From Candidatus Eiseniibacteriota bacterium (lineage in GTDB: Bacteria > Eisenbacteria > RBG-16-71-46 > SZUA-252), in the NCBI GenBank assembly GCA_963724515.1, contig CAVRUU010000003.1:450724-514723 (forward strand): a stretch of DNA of 64,000 bases. The letters run 5' to 3'. Position 1 is the stretch's first letter; the number at the start of each line of letters is the position of its first letter. The notes under the pieces are model-generated. The model saw only the letters and a list, made by a program, of their open reading frames with translations. It did no database searches and was not told where the DNA came from. The position numbers and the translations under genes were made by a program. Below are positions 9,630 to 24,803 of this stretch, piece after piece.

Positions 9630-10693
9630 CCCTGGGAATCCGGACGCTGCGCGAGCGCGTCCTCACCTGGTATTCCAGGAACAAGCGCGCGCTCCCGTGG
9701 CGAAGGACGCGCGATCCCTACGCGGTCTGGGTGAGCGAGATCATGCTCCAGCAGACGCGGGTGGAGACCGTCGTCCCCTTCTACGAGCGCTTCCTGCGCC
9801 GCTTCCCCGACGTCTCATCGCTCGCTCGGGCGCGCGAGCCGGACGTGCTCGCGGCCTGGTCCGGGCTCGGGTATTACGCGCGCGCTCGGAACCTGCACGC
9901 CGCCGCGCGCGCGGTGGTCCGCGAGCACGCGGGGCGGATCCCCCGGGATAAGGAGTCGCTCGTGGCGCTCCCGGGCATCGGCGGCTACACGGCCGCCGCG
10001 ATCGCGAGCATCGCGTTCGACGTCCCCGCGGCGGCGGTGGACGGAAACGTGATCCGCGTGCTCGCGCGGATCCTGGGACTCCGGGGCCGGCGCGACTCGA
10101 TGGCACTCAGGCGGCGGGTCACCGAATGCGCGGAGTCCCTGGCGCGCGGCCCGCGCGCGGGAGACTGGACGCAGGCCCTGATGGAGCTGGGGGCCAGTGT
10201 CTGCCTTCCACGCGATCCGATCTGCGAACGCTGCCCCGCCGCCGCGTGCTGCCGCGCGCGGAGAAGTGGTACCCCGGATCGCTTCCCCGAAGCCTCCCTC
10301 GCGAAGGCGCCACGCGCGGAGCGGCGCGTGCTCCTCGTGGCGAGGTCGGGCCGTCGAGTCCTTCTGGTCCAGGACGAGGCGGACTCGCGCGCCACCTGGA
10401 CCCTGCCGTATGCGCGGCTCTCCGCGTCTTCGCCTCGTTCGGCGCGGGCGCTCGCGGCGCGGCTGCTGGGAAGGACCGTGGCGCCCGCCATCGCGAGCGG
10501 CACGTTCCGGCACCGCACTTTCTCCCACTCCATCACGTACGACGTCTGGTCGCTCGATCTCGGCCGCGCCCACGCGTCCGGGAAGCCGCGTCATGCGGCG
10601 GCCGGAGCCGAAATCTGGGCCACGCCCGGGGAGCTTCGCCGTTTGCCGGTGCGCTCCCATACCCTGAAGGCAATCAGAGACTTACATCGGTAG
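9626..10693 (+). CDS. mutY: A/G-specific adenine DNA glycosylase
   Basis: Starts [44 protein letters not shown]. HhH-GPD element [17 protein letters not shown]. 4Fe-4S cluster C-x6-C-x2-C-x5-C ([17 protein letters not shown]). C-terminal MutT-like domain. ATG 9626 overlaps the hpnE stop (ATGA). Confidence 0.85.
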   Translation: [355 protein letters not shown]

Positions 10694-10719
10694 AAAACGG
10701 CGCGGTCAGATGCTATAAT
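10691..10719 (+). promoter_or_regulatory. Putative sigma70-type promoter with extended -10 for the S8 protease gene
   Basis: tagaaa (10691-10696), then a 17-nt spacer including TG, then tataat (10714-10719; TGcTATAAT). It lies 60 nt upstream of ATG 10779 in an otherwise GC-rich context. Confidence 0.5.
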
Positions 10720-10778
10720 GCGAGAGGCGGTTTGATCCCTTGCTCCTGCGCCGACACCGATACCAACGAGGCCAAACC

Positions 10779-13292
10779 ATGCTGCGTCTCTTCCTCCGCA
10801 GGCGCTGGTCGCTTTTCCCCATCGCGCTGTTTGCCTGCCTCGCCCTCTCGCCGCAACCCGGGGACTCCGCGCCGCGCTCCGTTCATCCCGCGCTGCGGAA
10901 CGTGCGTCCCGGCGAGGCAATGTCGGAGCGGTTCCTATCGCGCAATTCGAGAGGCGACGTTCTGGTCGACGTAATCCTGCAAGGAGATATCACTCCCGAT
11001 CTTCTGCGGAGTCGGGGCATCGAGGTCAATTCGCACATCGGAAATCGGATGACCGCGCGCGTCCCGTTGGCGCTCCTTTCCACGCTCCTCGAAATTCCAG
11101 GGCTCGATCGCGTGCGCGTGGCGGAACGGTGCAAGCCGAATCTGGACAATAGCGCGCTCGACACCGGGATCAACACGTTGCGCACCGTGCCGCCTCCCTC
11201 GTTCACGGGGCAGACCGGCACCGGAGTGCTCGTCGGCGACGTCGACACCGGGATCGACTATACCAACCCCGATTTCCAGAGGCCGGACGGCACGACGCGC
11301 CTGGTCTCGATCTGGGACCAGACGGGGGTCGGATCCCCGCCATCCGGGTTCTCGTACGGCACGGAGTGGCTCCCGCCCGCGATCGACGCGCTGGTCTGTT
11401 CCGAGATCGACTCCGAGGGACACGGATCGCACACCATGGGAATCGCCGGGGGGGACGGGAGCAATACGGGCAACGGCCAGCCGGAATTCACCTACGTGGG
11501 GATGGCGCCCACGGCCGATCTTTGCATGGTGAAGACCACGTTCCAGACCACGGCGATTGTGGACGGGGTCAACTACATCTTCCAGAAGGCCGCGTCGCTC
11601 GGGAAGCAGGCGGTCGTGAACCTGAGCCTCGGCACCCAGGAAGGTCCCCACGACGGGACCCTCGACATGGACGTGATGCTGAACGCGCTCACCGGCCCCG
11701 GCAAGATCATCGTGGCTTCGTCGGGAAACGCGGGCGAGGACAACATGCACGGCCAGCTCACGCTGAGCGGGGTGACACCGCAATCGATGACCTTGGTGAT
11801 TCCCGCCTACACGAGAAATCCGGGCGCCGCGAACGACTTCCTGCTCTTTTCGGGATGGTACTCGGGCTCGACCCAGATGTCGGTCCGGATCACGACCCCG
11901 ACGGGGGTCATCGTGGGCCCGGTCGCGACCGGGACCAATCTCATGGGCACGAACACGGCGGACGGCTGGCTCAACATCAACAACGGAACGAGCCTCCCCT
12001 CGAACGGCGAACACGAGATCTACATCGAGCTCTACGATGCGAACGTGAACTTGCCACCCAAGGTCGGCACGTGGACGTTCCAGTTCACCCCGGTCGTGAT
12101 CGGCGCCAATGGACGCGTCGACATGTATCTCTACGACAGCCAGCTCGGGAACGCGGGCGCGCTCGCGCAATGGAGCGCGGGCCTCGCGTTCGGGGGCGTC
12201 GTCGGCTCCCCCGGGGACGCCGACTCCATCATCACGGTCGCGGCGCACACCACGAAGGATTGCTGGGAAGCCATAGACGGGTTCAACTACTGCTGGAATC
12301 CGCACCCGACCCTGAACGCGATCGCGTCCTTCTCGAGCCAGGGTCCCCGGCGTGACGGCTTCTTGAAGCCCGATATCTCAGCACCCGGGTTCGGCGTCAC
12401 GTCCACGCTCTCGATCGACGCCATCCCTTCGACGCCCCTGGTCGCTCCCGACGGGGTCCACTGGATTCAGGCCGGCACCAGCATGGCCGCTCCCCACGTG
12501 ACCGGAGGGACCGCGCTGCTGCTCGCACGGAGCGAGTGGACCAACGCGACTCCGTCGGTGATACGGGCGCGGCTGAAGAGCACCGCGCGCGCCGACGCGT
12601 TCACCGGGGCGGTCCCGAACCCGACGTGGGGCGCGGGAAAGCTGGATCTCGCCGCCGCCCTCGCGATACCGTTGACGGTGTCCGTGCCGCATCCGGCCAA
12701 GGGCCAGCTCTACGCGGTCGGGAAATACGACTCGGTGGACGTCGTGGTGGCCGGCTTCACCGCCGATACGGTGGACGTATCGCTCTCGCAGAACGGCGGC
12801 GCGACCTACCCCACGGCGCTCGGGAGCCTCTTCGCCGTGGCGCCGGGTCCGGCCAAGGCCCTCACCTTCTTCGTCGATCCGTCGATGATCACCACCCAGG
12901 CCAAGGTACGCGTCGTGGCGCGCACGGGCGCGACGGTGATGACCAGCTTCTCGGACAGCCTCTTCTTGATCTCGATCCCGACCGCCGTGGAGACGGAGAA
13001 TTCGACCCTTCCCGCGCGGTTCGCGCTCTCGCCAAACACCCCGAACCCGTTCAATCCGGTCACGACGATCCATTTCGATCTGGACCGGCCCGGATCCGCG
13101 ACGCTTCGCGTCTATTCGGTTTCGGGGGCTCTGGTCCGCACGCTCGTCGAGAAGCGGCTCCCCGCGGGTCGTTTCAGGGCCGTCTGGGACGGGCGCGACG
13201 CGGCCGGCCGGCCGGCGGCATCCGGCGTGTACATCTATCGGCTGACCGAAGGGGAACGCAATCTCTCCCGGAAGATGAGCTTGCTCAAGTAG
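10779..13292 (+). CDS. Secreted subtilisin-like S8 serine peptidase with C-terminal FlgD-Ig/T9SS-type sorting-like domain
   Basis: Signal peptide MLRLFLRRRWSLFPIALFACLALS. Catalytic triad contexts VGDVDTGID (Asp), GHGSHTMG (His), GTSMAAPHVTG (Ser). The last ~90 aa (NTPNPFNPVTTIHFDL ... SGVYIYRL) match the FlgD-Ig-like C-terminal domain common in FCB-group and candidate phyla. Confidence 0.85.
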   Translation: MLRLFLRRRWSLFPIALFACLALSPQPGDSAPRSVHPALRNVRPGEAMSERFLSRNSRGDVLVDVILQGDITPDLLRSRGIEVNSHIGNRMTARVPLALLSTLLEIPGLDRVRVAERCKPNLDNSALDTGINTLRTVPPPSFTGQTGTGVLVGDVDTGIDYTNPDFQRPDGTTRLVSIWDQTGVGSPPSGFSYGTEWLPPAIDALVCSEIDSEGHGSHTMGIAGGDGSNTGNGQPEFTYVGMAPTADLCMVKTTFQTTAIVDGVNYIFQKAASLGKQAVVNLSLGTQEGPHDGTLDMDVMLNALTGPGKIIVASSGNAGEDNMHGQLTLSGVTPQSMTLVIPAYTRNPGAANDFLLFSGWYSGSTQMSVRITTPTGVIVGPVATGTNLMGTNTADGWLNINNGTSLPSNGEHEIYIELYDANVNLPPKVGTWTFQFTPVVIGANGRVDMYLYDSQLGNAGALAQWSAGLAFGGVVGSPGDADSIITVAAHTTKDCWEAIDGFNYCWNPHPTLNAIASFSSQGPRRDGFLKPDISAPGFGVTSTLSIDAIPSTPLVAPDGVHWIQAGTSMAAPHVTGGTALLLARSEWTNATPSVIRARLKSTARADAFTGAVPNPTWGAGKLDLAAALAIPLTVSVPHPAKGQLYAVGKYDSVDVVVAGFTADTVDVSLSQNGGATYPTALGSLFAVAPGPAKALTFFVDPSMITTQAKVRVVARTGATVMTSFSDSLFLISIPTAVETENSTLPARFALSPNTPNPFNPVTTIHFDLDRPGSATLRVYSVSGALVRTLVEKRLPAGRFRAVWDGRDAAGRPAASGVYIYRLTEGERNLSRKMSLLK

Positions 13293-13472
13293 CGAGTAGC
13301 GCCGGCGCCAATCGAAACCTTCCCGCTCGGCCCCCCGTACTGAGGGCGGGCCGCCCTTGCGCGGAATCGACCGCAACCTTCCGCGGGGACTGCCTATCGA
13401 ATCCAATGCGCGAACAGGTCGCGCGCGGCTTCCGTCGCGCGGGCCGACCGCGCATCCACGGAGGGCCGGGCC

Positions 13473-14582
13473 ATGAAGCGCATTGTCCCTGGGATTTCGG
13501 CGCTGGCATGCGCCTGCCTCATCCTCGCCGCTCGAGTGCCCGCTGACGCGGAGGGCGCGAAGAACCTCGCGCCGGGCCGGCACGTCCTCGAGGGTCCGGA
13601 AGTCTCGATCTACAACATCGCGGGCGAAATGACCGTGGTCGAGGGCACGGGGCGCTCGGTCGAGGTCGAGATCACCGCCGGGGGCGCGGACGCGGGCCGA
13701 CTCACCGTCGAGGAGACGACCGTGAAGGGCATCCCGTCCCTGCGCGTCCTCTACCCCGAGGACCACATCGTCTACCCACAGTTCGGTTACGGTCCTCCGG
13801 ACGGGTTCAGCTCTTCCTCGTTCGGATACGGCAACCGGAGGTTCCGTGTGACGGGACGCGGGCCGGGCCTCGAGGCGCACGCCGACATCCGGGTCCTGGT
13901 CCCGCGCGGCAAGACGGTCCACCTGCACCTGGCCGTGGGCCGGGGCTCGGCAACGGGCGTGGACGGCGACATCTCCTTCGAGGGGGCATCCTCCTCGATT
14001 CAGGCGGAGCGGGTATCCGGCGCGCTTCGCGTGGACGTCGGCTCGGGAAACATCGACGTCTCGCGCTGCCGGGCCGAAGTCGTCGCGGAAACCGGGTCGG
14101 GGAACATCACGATCAGCGAAGTGGACGGGAACCTCTCGGCGGACGCGGGGTCGGGAAACGTCAGCCTGAGGCGTGTCGGCGCCGAGAGCATCGCCATCGA
14201 CGCGGGCTCCGGCTCGATCACCGGTTCCGACATCCAGGTCAAGAGCATGAGCGCCGACTGCGGGTCGGGCGAGATCGATCTCGACGGGACCTCGGCCGGA
14301 AAACTCGCGCTCGAGGCCGGGAGCGGCTCGGTCCACCTTCGCCTCACGAAGAACATCGACGAGCTGGCAATCGAGGCGGGATCGGGATCGGTGCGGCTCG
14401 AGGCGCCCGAAAGCCTGAGCGCCAAGTTCCGGATCGAGTGCCCGAGGAGGCAGCTCCACATCGCGTTCCCCACCGAGGTCCAGCGCGCGAACGACGACGT
14501 GACGGTGGGAACGATCGGGAGCGGAAGAGGATCGATTCACATCGACGCCGGCTCGGGCCGGGTCGATCTCGTGCGGATCTAG
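13473..14582 (+). CDS. DUF4097-type beta-solenoid repeat protein (putative adhesin), secreted
   Basis: 369-aa ORF with signal peptide MKRIVPGISALACACLILAARVPADA. It has at least 8 repeats of the GSG(N/S/E)(I/V) unit (GSGNIDVS, GSGNITIS, GSGNVSLR, GSGSITGS, GSGEIDLD, GSGSVHLR, GSGSVRLE, GSGRVDLV). Confidence 0.7.
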   Translation: MKRIVPGISALACACLILAARVPADAEGAKNLAPGRHVLEGPEVSIYNIAGEMTVVEGTGRSVEVEITAGGADAGRLTVEETTVKGIPSLRVLYPEDHIVYPQFGYGPPDGFSSSSFGYGNRRFRVTGRGPGLEAHADIRVLVPRGKTVHLHLAVGRGSATGVDGDISFEGASSSIQAERVSGALRVDVGSGNIDVSRCRAEVVAETGSGNITISEVDGNLSADAGSGNVSLRRVGAESIAIDAGSGSITGSDIQVKSMSADCGSGEIDLDGTSAGKLALEAGSGSVHLRLTKNIDELAIEAGSGSVRLEAPESLSAKFRIECPRRQLHIAFPTEVQRANDDVTVGTIGSGRGSIHIDAGSGRVDLVRI

Positions 14583-16519
14583 ACCCCGAACGCGACCGGA
14601 TCCCACGGCACGCCCAGCTCCGTGGGAGGCGCCATGTACCCGGCGAGCGCGGAGGCCGCGACCACGGGCGGGCTCGCGAGGTATCCCTCGCCGCCGACGC
14701 CCATTCGATTCTGCCAGTTCCGGTTGAACGAGGTGATCGCGCGCTCCCCCTTGGTGAGCGCGTCCGGCCCCTGGCCGAAACAGGGGCCGCACCAGGATTG
14801 TCTGATCTCGCCCCCTACCCCTCGGAAGACCGAAGCGATCGATTCCCCCATGAGGCGCGGGTCGGGACGCTCGATCAATCGCTTCACCGTGCCGCTCCCC
14901 GGAAAGATCACGAACTCCGCGCCCTTCGCGATGCGATCGATCCCGCGCCCGCGCGCGGCCAGGAGCACGAGCGCCGCCTGGAGCAGATCGTCGTAGCCGC
15001 CGTTCGTGCACGAGCCGATCATCGCCTTGGCGAAGGTGATCCGCTCCTTCGCGACTTCCTCGGCCGGGAAGGCGTTCCCGGGGCTGAAGGGTTTCGCGAT
15101 CATCGGCACGACCGAGGAAAGGTCGTGTCTCTCGTCGATATCCCAGCGCACGTCCTCACCCGGAGCGACCCTCGGATAACGGAGCGCAAAACCCCGCTCG
15201 CGGTACCAGGACTCGGTCACCTCGTCCTGGGCGAAGATGCCGTTCATCGCTTCCCCTTCGGCCATCATGTTGGCGATGGTGTTCCGGTACGGAATGGGAA
15301 GCTCCTGGTTCTGGTCCACGAACTCCACGCTCATCCCCTGCGACTGCTTCGTCCCCCATCCTTGCAGCAGCTTGAGCACGATGTCCTTCCCGCTCACCCA
15401 CGGCTGGAGCTTCCCCGCGAACACGACCCGGCGCTGCTTCGGCACCGTGAAGTACACGGCGCCCGTCGCCCATCCGAATCCCAGCGTCGTGCTCCCCACC
15501 CCGATGCCCACCGCGCCGTAGGCGCCGTAGGCGCGACTGTGGGAATCGGCGCCGGGGTAGAAGCCTCCGGGGAGGATCAACCCTTGCTCGGGGAAATAGA
15601 AATGGAAGATCCCGGTCCCCGGCGGCGCGTAGTGCGGGGCGCCGATCGCGTAACGCTCCGCGAACTCGCGCGAGATGGAGGTCTGCTTCTCGTCCGCGTC
15701 CTTGCCGGTGAAGACGAAGTGATCGTTGGCGATCGCGACGCGAATCGGCGGGACATCCCCGGCGCCGAGGATCTGGCGAAACGTGTGGATCGCGAACGGG
15801 GCCGTGCCGTCCGAGGCAGGAAGCAGATCCGCGTACACCTCGACCGTCGCGCCCGGTTTCACTTCGGCGCGCTTGTCCACGCGATGCGCCCAGACGATCT
15901 GCTCGGTGCTGGACATGGAGCGGGCTTCCGCGTAACCCGGAAACACGATGCTCATCGGCTTGATACCGTCCCTGAGCTCGCGCCTTCCCATTTCGACGAT
16001 GCCGCCGCCGCGCCGGATCTCCTCTTCCTTGGGCGTGAGCGGCAGCGCGGTGTAGCTCTTCCCCCGCGTGAGGTTCTTCAGCGCGCGCGTCTCGGGGTTG
16101 AATTCGAGGTCGTCGCCGTCCCCCGCGTCCTCGACGGCCTCGGGGCTCTGGGCGAAGTGGAGACCGAGGTTGAGCGCGTTGCGGCGAAAGATGTCGCCCA
16201 TGCCCGCTCCGCAGACGATCACCATCGTCGAGCTCCGCCTCCTCGGCGACCGCCTTCAGCCCCGCGGGCGACATCTCGCGCGAGGAGCCGATCGCGAAGC
16301 GATCCCCCGCGACGAGGAAGCTCTCGCCGGCGTGAACGCGGGCCCGGAAATCGGGCATGAGGTGGCGGAAGGCGCCCTCCTTCCAGCGCTTGTCGAGCGT
16401 GGCGAGGCTCTCGGAGACGCAGTCCTGCGCGGGCGTGATCTGGTCGGTGTCGATCGCGTCGCGCTTCTTCCCGGGACGCTTCGGATCCCAGAGGATGAGC
16501 GCCTTGCCGCGGACGGGCG

Positions 16520-16523
<4 letters not shown>
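14579..16523 (-). CDS. Aconitase/isopropylmalate-dehydratase superfamily protein with N-terminal swivel (LeuD-like) domain; one frame disruption
   Basis: Two track ORFs (15156..16523 N-terminal part, 14579..16225) join inside the swivel domain: FLVAGDRFAIGSSREMSPAGLKAVAEEAELD | MVIVCGAGMGDIFRRNALNLGL. Fe-S ligand contexts MIGSCTNGG and SWCGPCFGQG. Span length is 3n+1 (extra nt near 16226). ATG 16523 overlaps the kinase stop (ATGA). Confidence 0.7.
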
Positions 16524-19005
<2,482 letters not shown>

Positions 19006-19052
19006 GGGATGCTTACGCGGGAGCGGGGCTCCGCTCGCGACGCGGATTCAGT

Positions 19053-21522
<2,470 letters not shown>

Positions 21523-21605
21523 TCAACCCTCCAAGGCCGGGAGCAAGCTTCGGATCCTCCACGACCAGGGGGATGCGTGTCAAGGACGAGCCCAGAGGGT
21601 AGAAT

Positions 21606-22541
21606 GTGCCGATGAACGCACAGGCCGCCCTCGCCTCCGTCCTCCGCGTCTTCCTCGACTCGGCGTTCGACATCGTGCCGCTCTTTCTCCTGGCGCTCTT
21701 CGCGGGCGCCCTCATCGAGGAGTTCGTCTCGGAGCGCTTCATCGCGCGATTCCTGACCGGGCGGAATCCGGCAACGATGATCGCCGCGGCGATCGTGGGG
21801 GCGCTGATTCCCCTCTGCACTTGCGGAATGGTCCCGCTCGCGGTCGCGCTGCGGCGCCGAGGCGGGGACCCGAAGCACATCTTCTGCTTCCTGACGGCGG
21901 GCGCCGCCGTGAGCATCCCGGTTCTGTTCCTGACCTGGAACATCATCGGGCTGCCGTGGATGGGGATCAGGCTCCTGGCCTCCGTGCTGCTCGGGCTCCT
22001 GGCCGGCTACGCGAGCGTCGCGGTGCTGCGAAACGCGGGCGCGCAACGCACCGAAGCGCTCTCCGGACGAGGCAAGGTCGTGGAGACGCAAGGGGAGTTG
22101 CCGGGCCCGACCCCCATCGCGGGGAGGTCGCGACTGCGGTCGGTCTGGCGATGCTTCCTCGGTCAGGTGCGCGAGTACGCACCGTGGGTGCTGGTGAGCC
22201 TGATCCTCGCCGGGGTCGTGGCCGTGCTCGTGCCCGGACACTGGATCCAGCTCCTGTACGGGCAGAAGACCACGGTCGGGTCCTTTCTCGCGTCGATCAG
22301 CGGCATCCCCTTCTATTTCTGTTCCGGGGCCGAGCTCCCGCTCGTGAAGGAGCTTCTCGCGAAGGGGATGGGGTTCGGGCCCGCCACCTCAATGATGCTC
22401 GCGGTGCCCATCGTGAACATCCCCACCTTCGGGGTCGTCGCCAAGTGGCTCGGCCCGCGCGGAGCGCTCGTCTATCTGGCGCTCATCGTCGCCGGCTCGA
22501 CGCTGCTGGGAGCCATGGCGGGGCTGTTCGGGGACTTCTAG
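21606..22541 (+). CDS. Polytopic permease (UPF0718/YraQ-like)
   Basis: 311-aa hydrophobic ORF with about 8 predicted TM segments and a Cys-containing loop IPLCTCGMVPLAVAL typical of this permease family. The start is GTG 21606 or ATG 21612. Confidence 0.55.
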   Translation: MPMNAQAALASVLRVFLDSAFDIVPLFLLALFAGALIEEFVSERFIARFLTGRNPATMIAAAIVGALIPLCTCGMVPLAVALRRRGGDPKHIFCFLTAGAAVSIPVLFLTWNIIGLPWMGIRLLASVLLGLLAGYASVAVLRNAGAQRTEALSGRGKVVETQGELPGPTPIAGRSRLRSVWRCFLGQVREYAPWVLVSLILAGVVAVLVPGHWIQLLYGQKTTVGSFLASISGIPFYFCSGAELPLVKELLAKGMGFGPATSMMLAVPIVNIPTFGVVAKWLGPRGALVYLALIVAGSTLLGAMAGLFGDF

Positions 22542-22703
22542 GGTGGTCCTGATCGGGGTGCGTGTTGACAGTTCCGTGCGTTCAGGTAGCGCGTAGGAGC
22601 GGCCACTCAATCCGGTCGCCCATGCCTTCCTGCTCCGTCAGTCGTTCGACTCGCTTGGGACTGGCGCTGACCTGATCGGGGCTCTCGTGATGAAGGAGCT
22701 CAC

Positions 22704-23045
22704 ATGAAGGTCCGCAAGAGTGCTCGCATCGTCGTGCTCAATCCAGCCGGTGCGGTGTTGCTCGTGCGTTACCACGACTCGACGCCGGTCAATCCAAGCA
22801 AGCCCGAACTGCTCGCCTATTGGGTACCGCCGGGCGGCGGAGTCGGCGAGGGCGAATCGTTCGAGCGGGCGGCCATCCGCGAACTCGAAGAGGAAACCGG
22901 TATCGAGCTTTCGGCAGTCGGTCCGCAGATCTGGTCCCGGGAACGACAACTCCTGCACCGTGGCGAGCTCAAGAGGTACCTGGAGCGCTACTTTATTGCG
23001 TGGGCCAAACCCGATATTCCTTCTGCGCCGATCGACATAATCTGA
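22704..23045 (+). CDS. NUDIX hydrolase (short, possibly 3'-truncated)
   Basis: 113-aa ORF with NUDIX box GGGVGEGESFERAAIRELEEETG. It is shorter than usual and ends in non-conserved sequence just before an SDR gene remnant. Visibly lower GC than the flanks. Confidence 0.7.
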   Translation: MKVRKSARIVVLNPAGAVLLVRYHDSTPVNPSKPELLAYWVPPGGGVGEGESFERAAIRELEEETGIELSAVGPQIWSRERQLLHRGELKRYLERYFIAWAKPDIPSAPIDII

Positions 23046-23047
23046 CG

Positions 23048-23137
23048 ATGCTGGATCCCGAAGGGAAAGTGGCGATTGTGACGGGTGGCGCGCACGGGAT
23101 CGGCGGCGCCACTTGCGCCGCGTTGCGCGCCGCCAGC
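23048..23137 (+). pseudogene. N-terminal remnant of a short-chain dehydrogenase (SDR) gene
   Basis: ATG 23048 opens MLDPEGKVAIVTGGAHGIGGATCAALRAA, a clean SDR Rossmann start (TGGxxGIG). It then degenerates into unrelated sequence that overlaps the 3' end of the convergent HNH gene. No remainder of the SDR appears downstream. Confidence 0.55.
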
Positions 23138-23225
23138 AAACACGGTCTCCGGCCGAACTACGTTTCCGCGCCGGGCCGGGCTCAACCAGTGGAGTCGCCC
23201 GTGGGTGGGGGAGTAGGGGGCCGCC

Positions 23226-24527
23226 TCAAACGCCGGGCCGCGGACCGCTCACTTGGATCGATGTCCGGCTGAGAAACTTCAAGGCGGCCCGCATGCGCTC
23301 CTCCAGCGTGGCGTCCTGAAGGGTCCCCGTGAGCGCGGCCGCACGACGCGCCTCATCGGCTCGGCATCCGAGGTTGCGTAAGCCGGCCAACACATCCTGG
23401 ACCTGCTCTCTGGCAGCCCGCTCATTGGCAAGAGCCCGCGTCCGTGCTTCCGCCGCGCATCGCGCACCGTGGCGCCTCTGGTTCATGAACTCGGCTCCGA
23501 AAGCGCGCTCGGCTTCGTACTGGTTATGGGCGCGGCAACGCAGCCGAATGCGATCCACGGTCGCCCTTCCTCCCCTCGCCACGGGATCGACGTGGTCGAA
23601 TTCGAGGAACCTCCGTGCCTTGCAGCGGGTCCCCTTCGCGCTCACGAACGTACATTGACCCTGATCCCGCTCCCAGACGGCGCGGCGGACATGCGCCAGC
23701 ACGTATCGCTTCCTCGCGGTCGCGAGTTGCCGGCGCGGCCGACGGCTAATGCAGCTCTTCGGCATCCCGGTCCCCCGCGGCGCCGTCGTTGCCCCGAACT
23801 TGCGCTTCTCGAGCTGCACGATGAGAGCATCGAGCGCCCGGTCGAGCACCTGAGCCACATCCCCCGTAGGGAGTGCATGGCTGAGCAGAGACTGGGTGTA
23901 CCGCAGCTTGTCGTGGGTGCCCTTGGCGATCGTGAGCTGGAGGAGGAACCGCTCGGCGGAAGCAGGCGGCACCGTTCCTCGCGAGTTATCAAGGTGCCCC
24001 GGAGCACCCTCATCGAGCGTGCCGACCGATGCCGCAGCCTCAGTGCCAACTCGCCCCGGGGCGAGTTGGGGAGAATCGGAAATCATGGGCGTGATGGCCC
24101 GCAGTCTCGCTGGCACATCGGGGGGCGAGAAGCGCCTGGCGAGCCGCTCTTCGATCTCCGCCTTGCTTTTGTGGGTAGCTGCCTCGATCAGCTCGTTTGC
24201 GTTTTCCCGAGTGAGATGGGGAGCGAGAAGACAAACTGCGGCTAGATGGAGCCGACCTTCGGCCAGCGCGGCGAAGAGGGCTGGGAACTCCCGACCTACC
24301 CGTGCTGCCCGGATGCGCTTGAACGCCGCGTCCTCAGACAGCCTCAACTCATCAACGCAATAGGCGTGCATGGAGGGAAAGCCGGCCGGAACGTACAACC
24401 GACGCGCGTCCACCTCGGCGATATGAGCCAGGAGCACCGCGGTGGTGAGGCGATCTCGAGCGACCAGCGCGGCCAGATCGCGAAGGAGGACTGCGTCGCT
24501 GACATGGGCCAACATGTAATTCTGCAT
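23226..24527 (-). CDS. HNH endonuclease with DUF222-like N-terminal domain
   Basis: 433-aa ORF. N-terminal helical region (LLAHIAEVDARRLY..., as in DUF222/13E12-type proteins). C-terminal HNH: CTFVSAKGTRCKARRFLEFDHVDPVARGGRATVDRIRLRCRAHNQYEAE. Confidence 0.8.
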   Translation of the reverse strand: MQNYMLAHVSDAVLLRDLAALVARDRLTTAVLLAHIAEVDARRLYVPAGFPSMHAYCVDELRLSEDAAFKRIRAARVGREFPALFAALAEGRLHLAAVCLLAPHLTRENANELIEAATHKSKAEIEERLARRFSPPDVPARLRAITPMISDSPQLAPGRVGTEAAASVGTLDEGAPGHLDNSRGTVPPASAERFLLQLTIAKGTHDKLRYTQSLLSHALPTGDVAQVLDRALDALIVQLEKRKFGATTAPRGTGMPKSCISRRPRRQLATARKRYVLAHVRRAVWERDQGQCTFVSAKGTRCKARRFLEFDHVDPVARGGRATVDRIRLRCRAHNQYEAERAFGAEFMNQRRHGARCAAEARTRALANERAAREQVQDVLAGLRNLGCRADEARRAAALTGTLQDATLEERMRAALKFLSRTSIQVSGPRPGV

Positions 24528-24803
24528 GAGAACACCTGCTCACGGGGCGAGTCTCCTCGACTTGCCTGGTCCTCGAACCAGACTCCATGGGGGTTCATCA
24601 CTTTTACCACGAGCCCAATTCGACCCCAGGAGAGGCTCACAGCGCTCACGTAGGACGCCCGGGGAGTCTTGCCGTCTCACGCTCACGATTGGGCTCTCCA
24701 TGCTATCCGCAGGGGGCGCCAGCGCGGCGCTCGGAAAGGAGATGCGGGGCGTCGGCGAAGGAACGCGAAAAGTCGTCAAGAGAATTTTCTTGTCATCGAC
24801 GAA

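Noticed and set aside
12378-15011. 877-aa minus-strand ORF (also 10935..12305 and 14438..16360)
   Set aside because: These are antisense to the S8 protease, DUF4097 and aconitase-family genes. They are extremely Arg/Gly/Pro/Asp-rich with no domain signatures.
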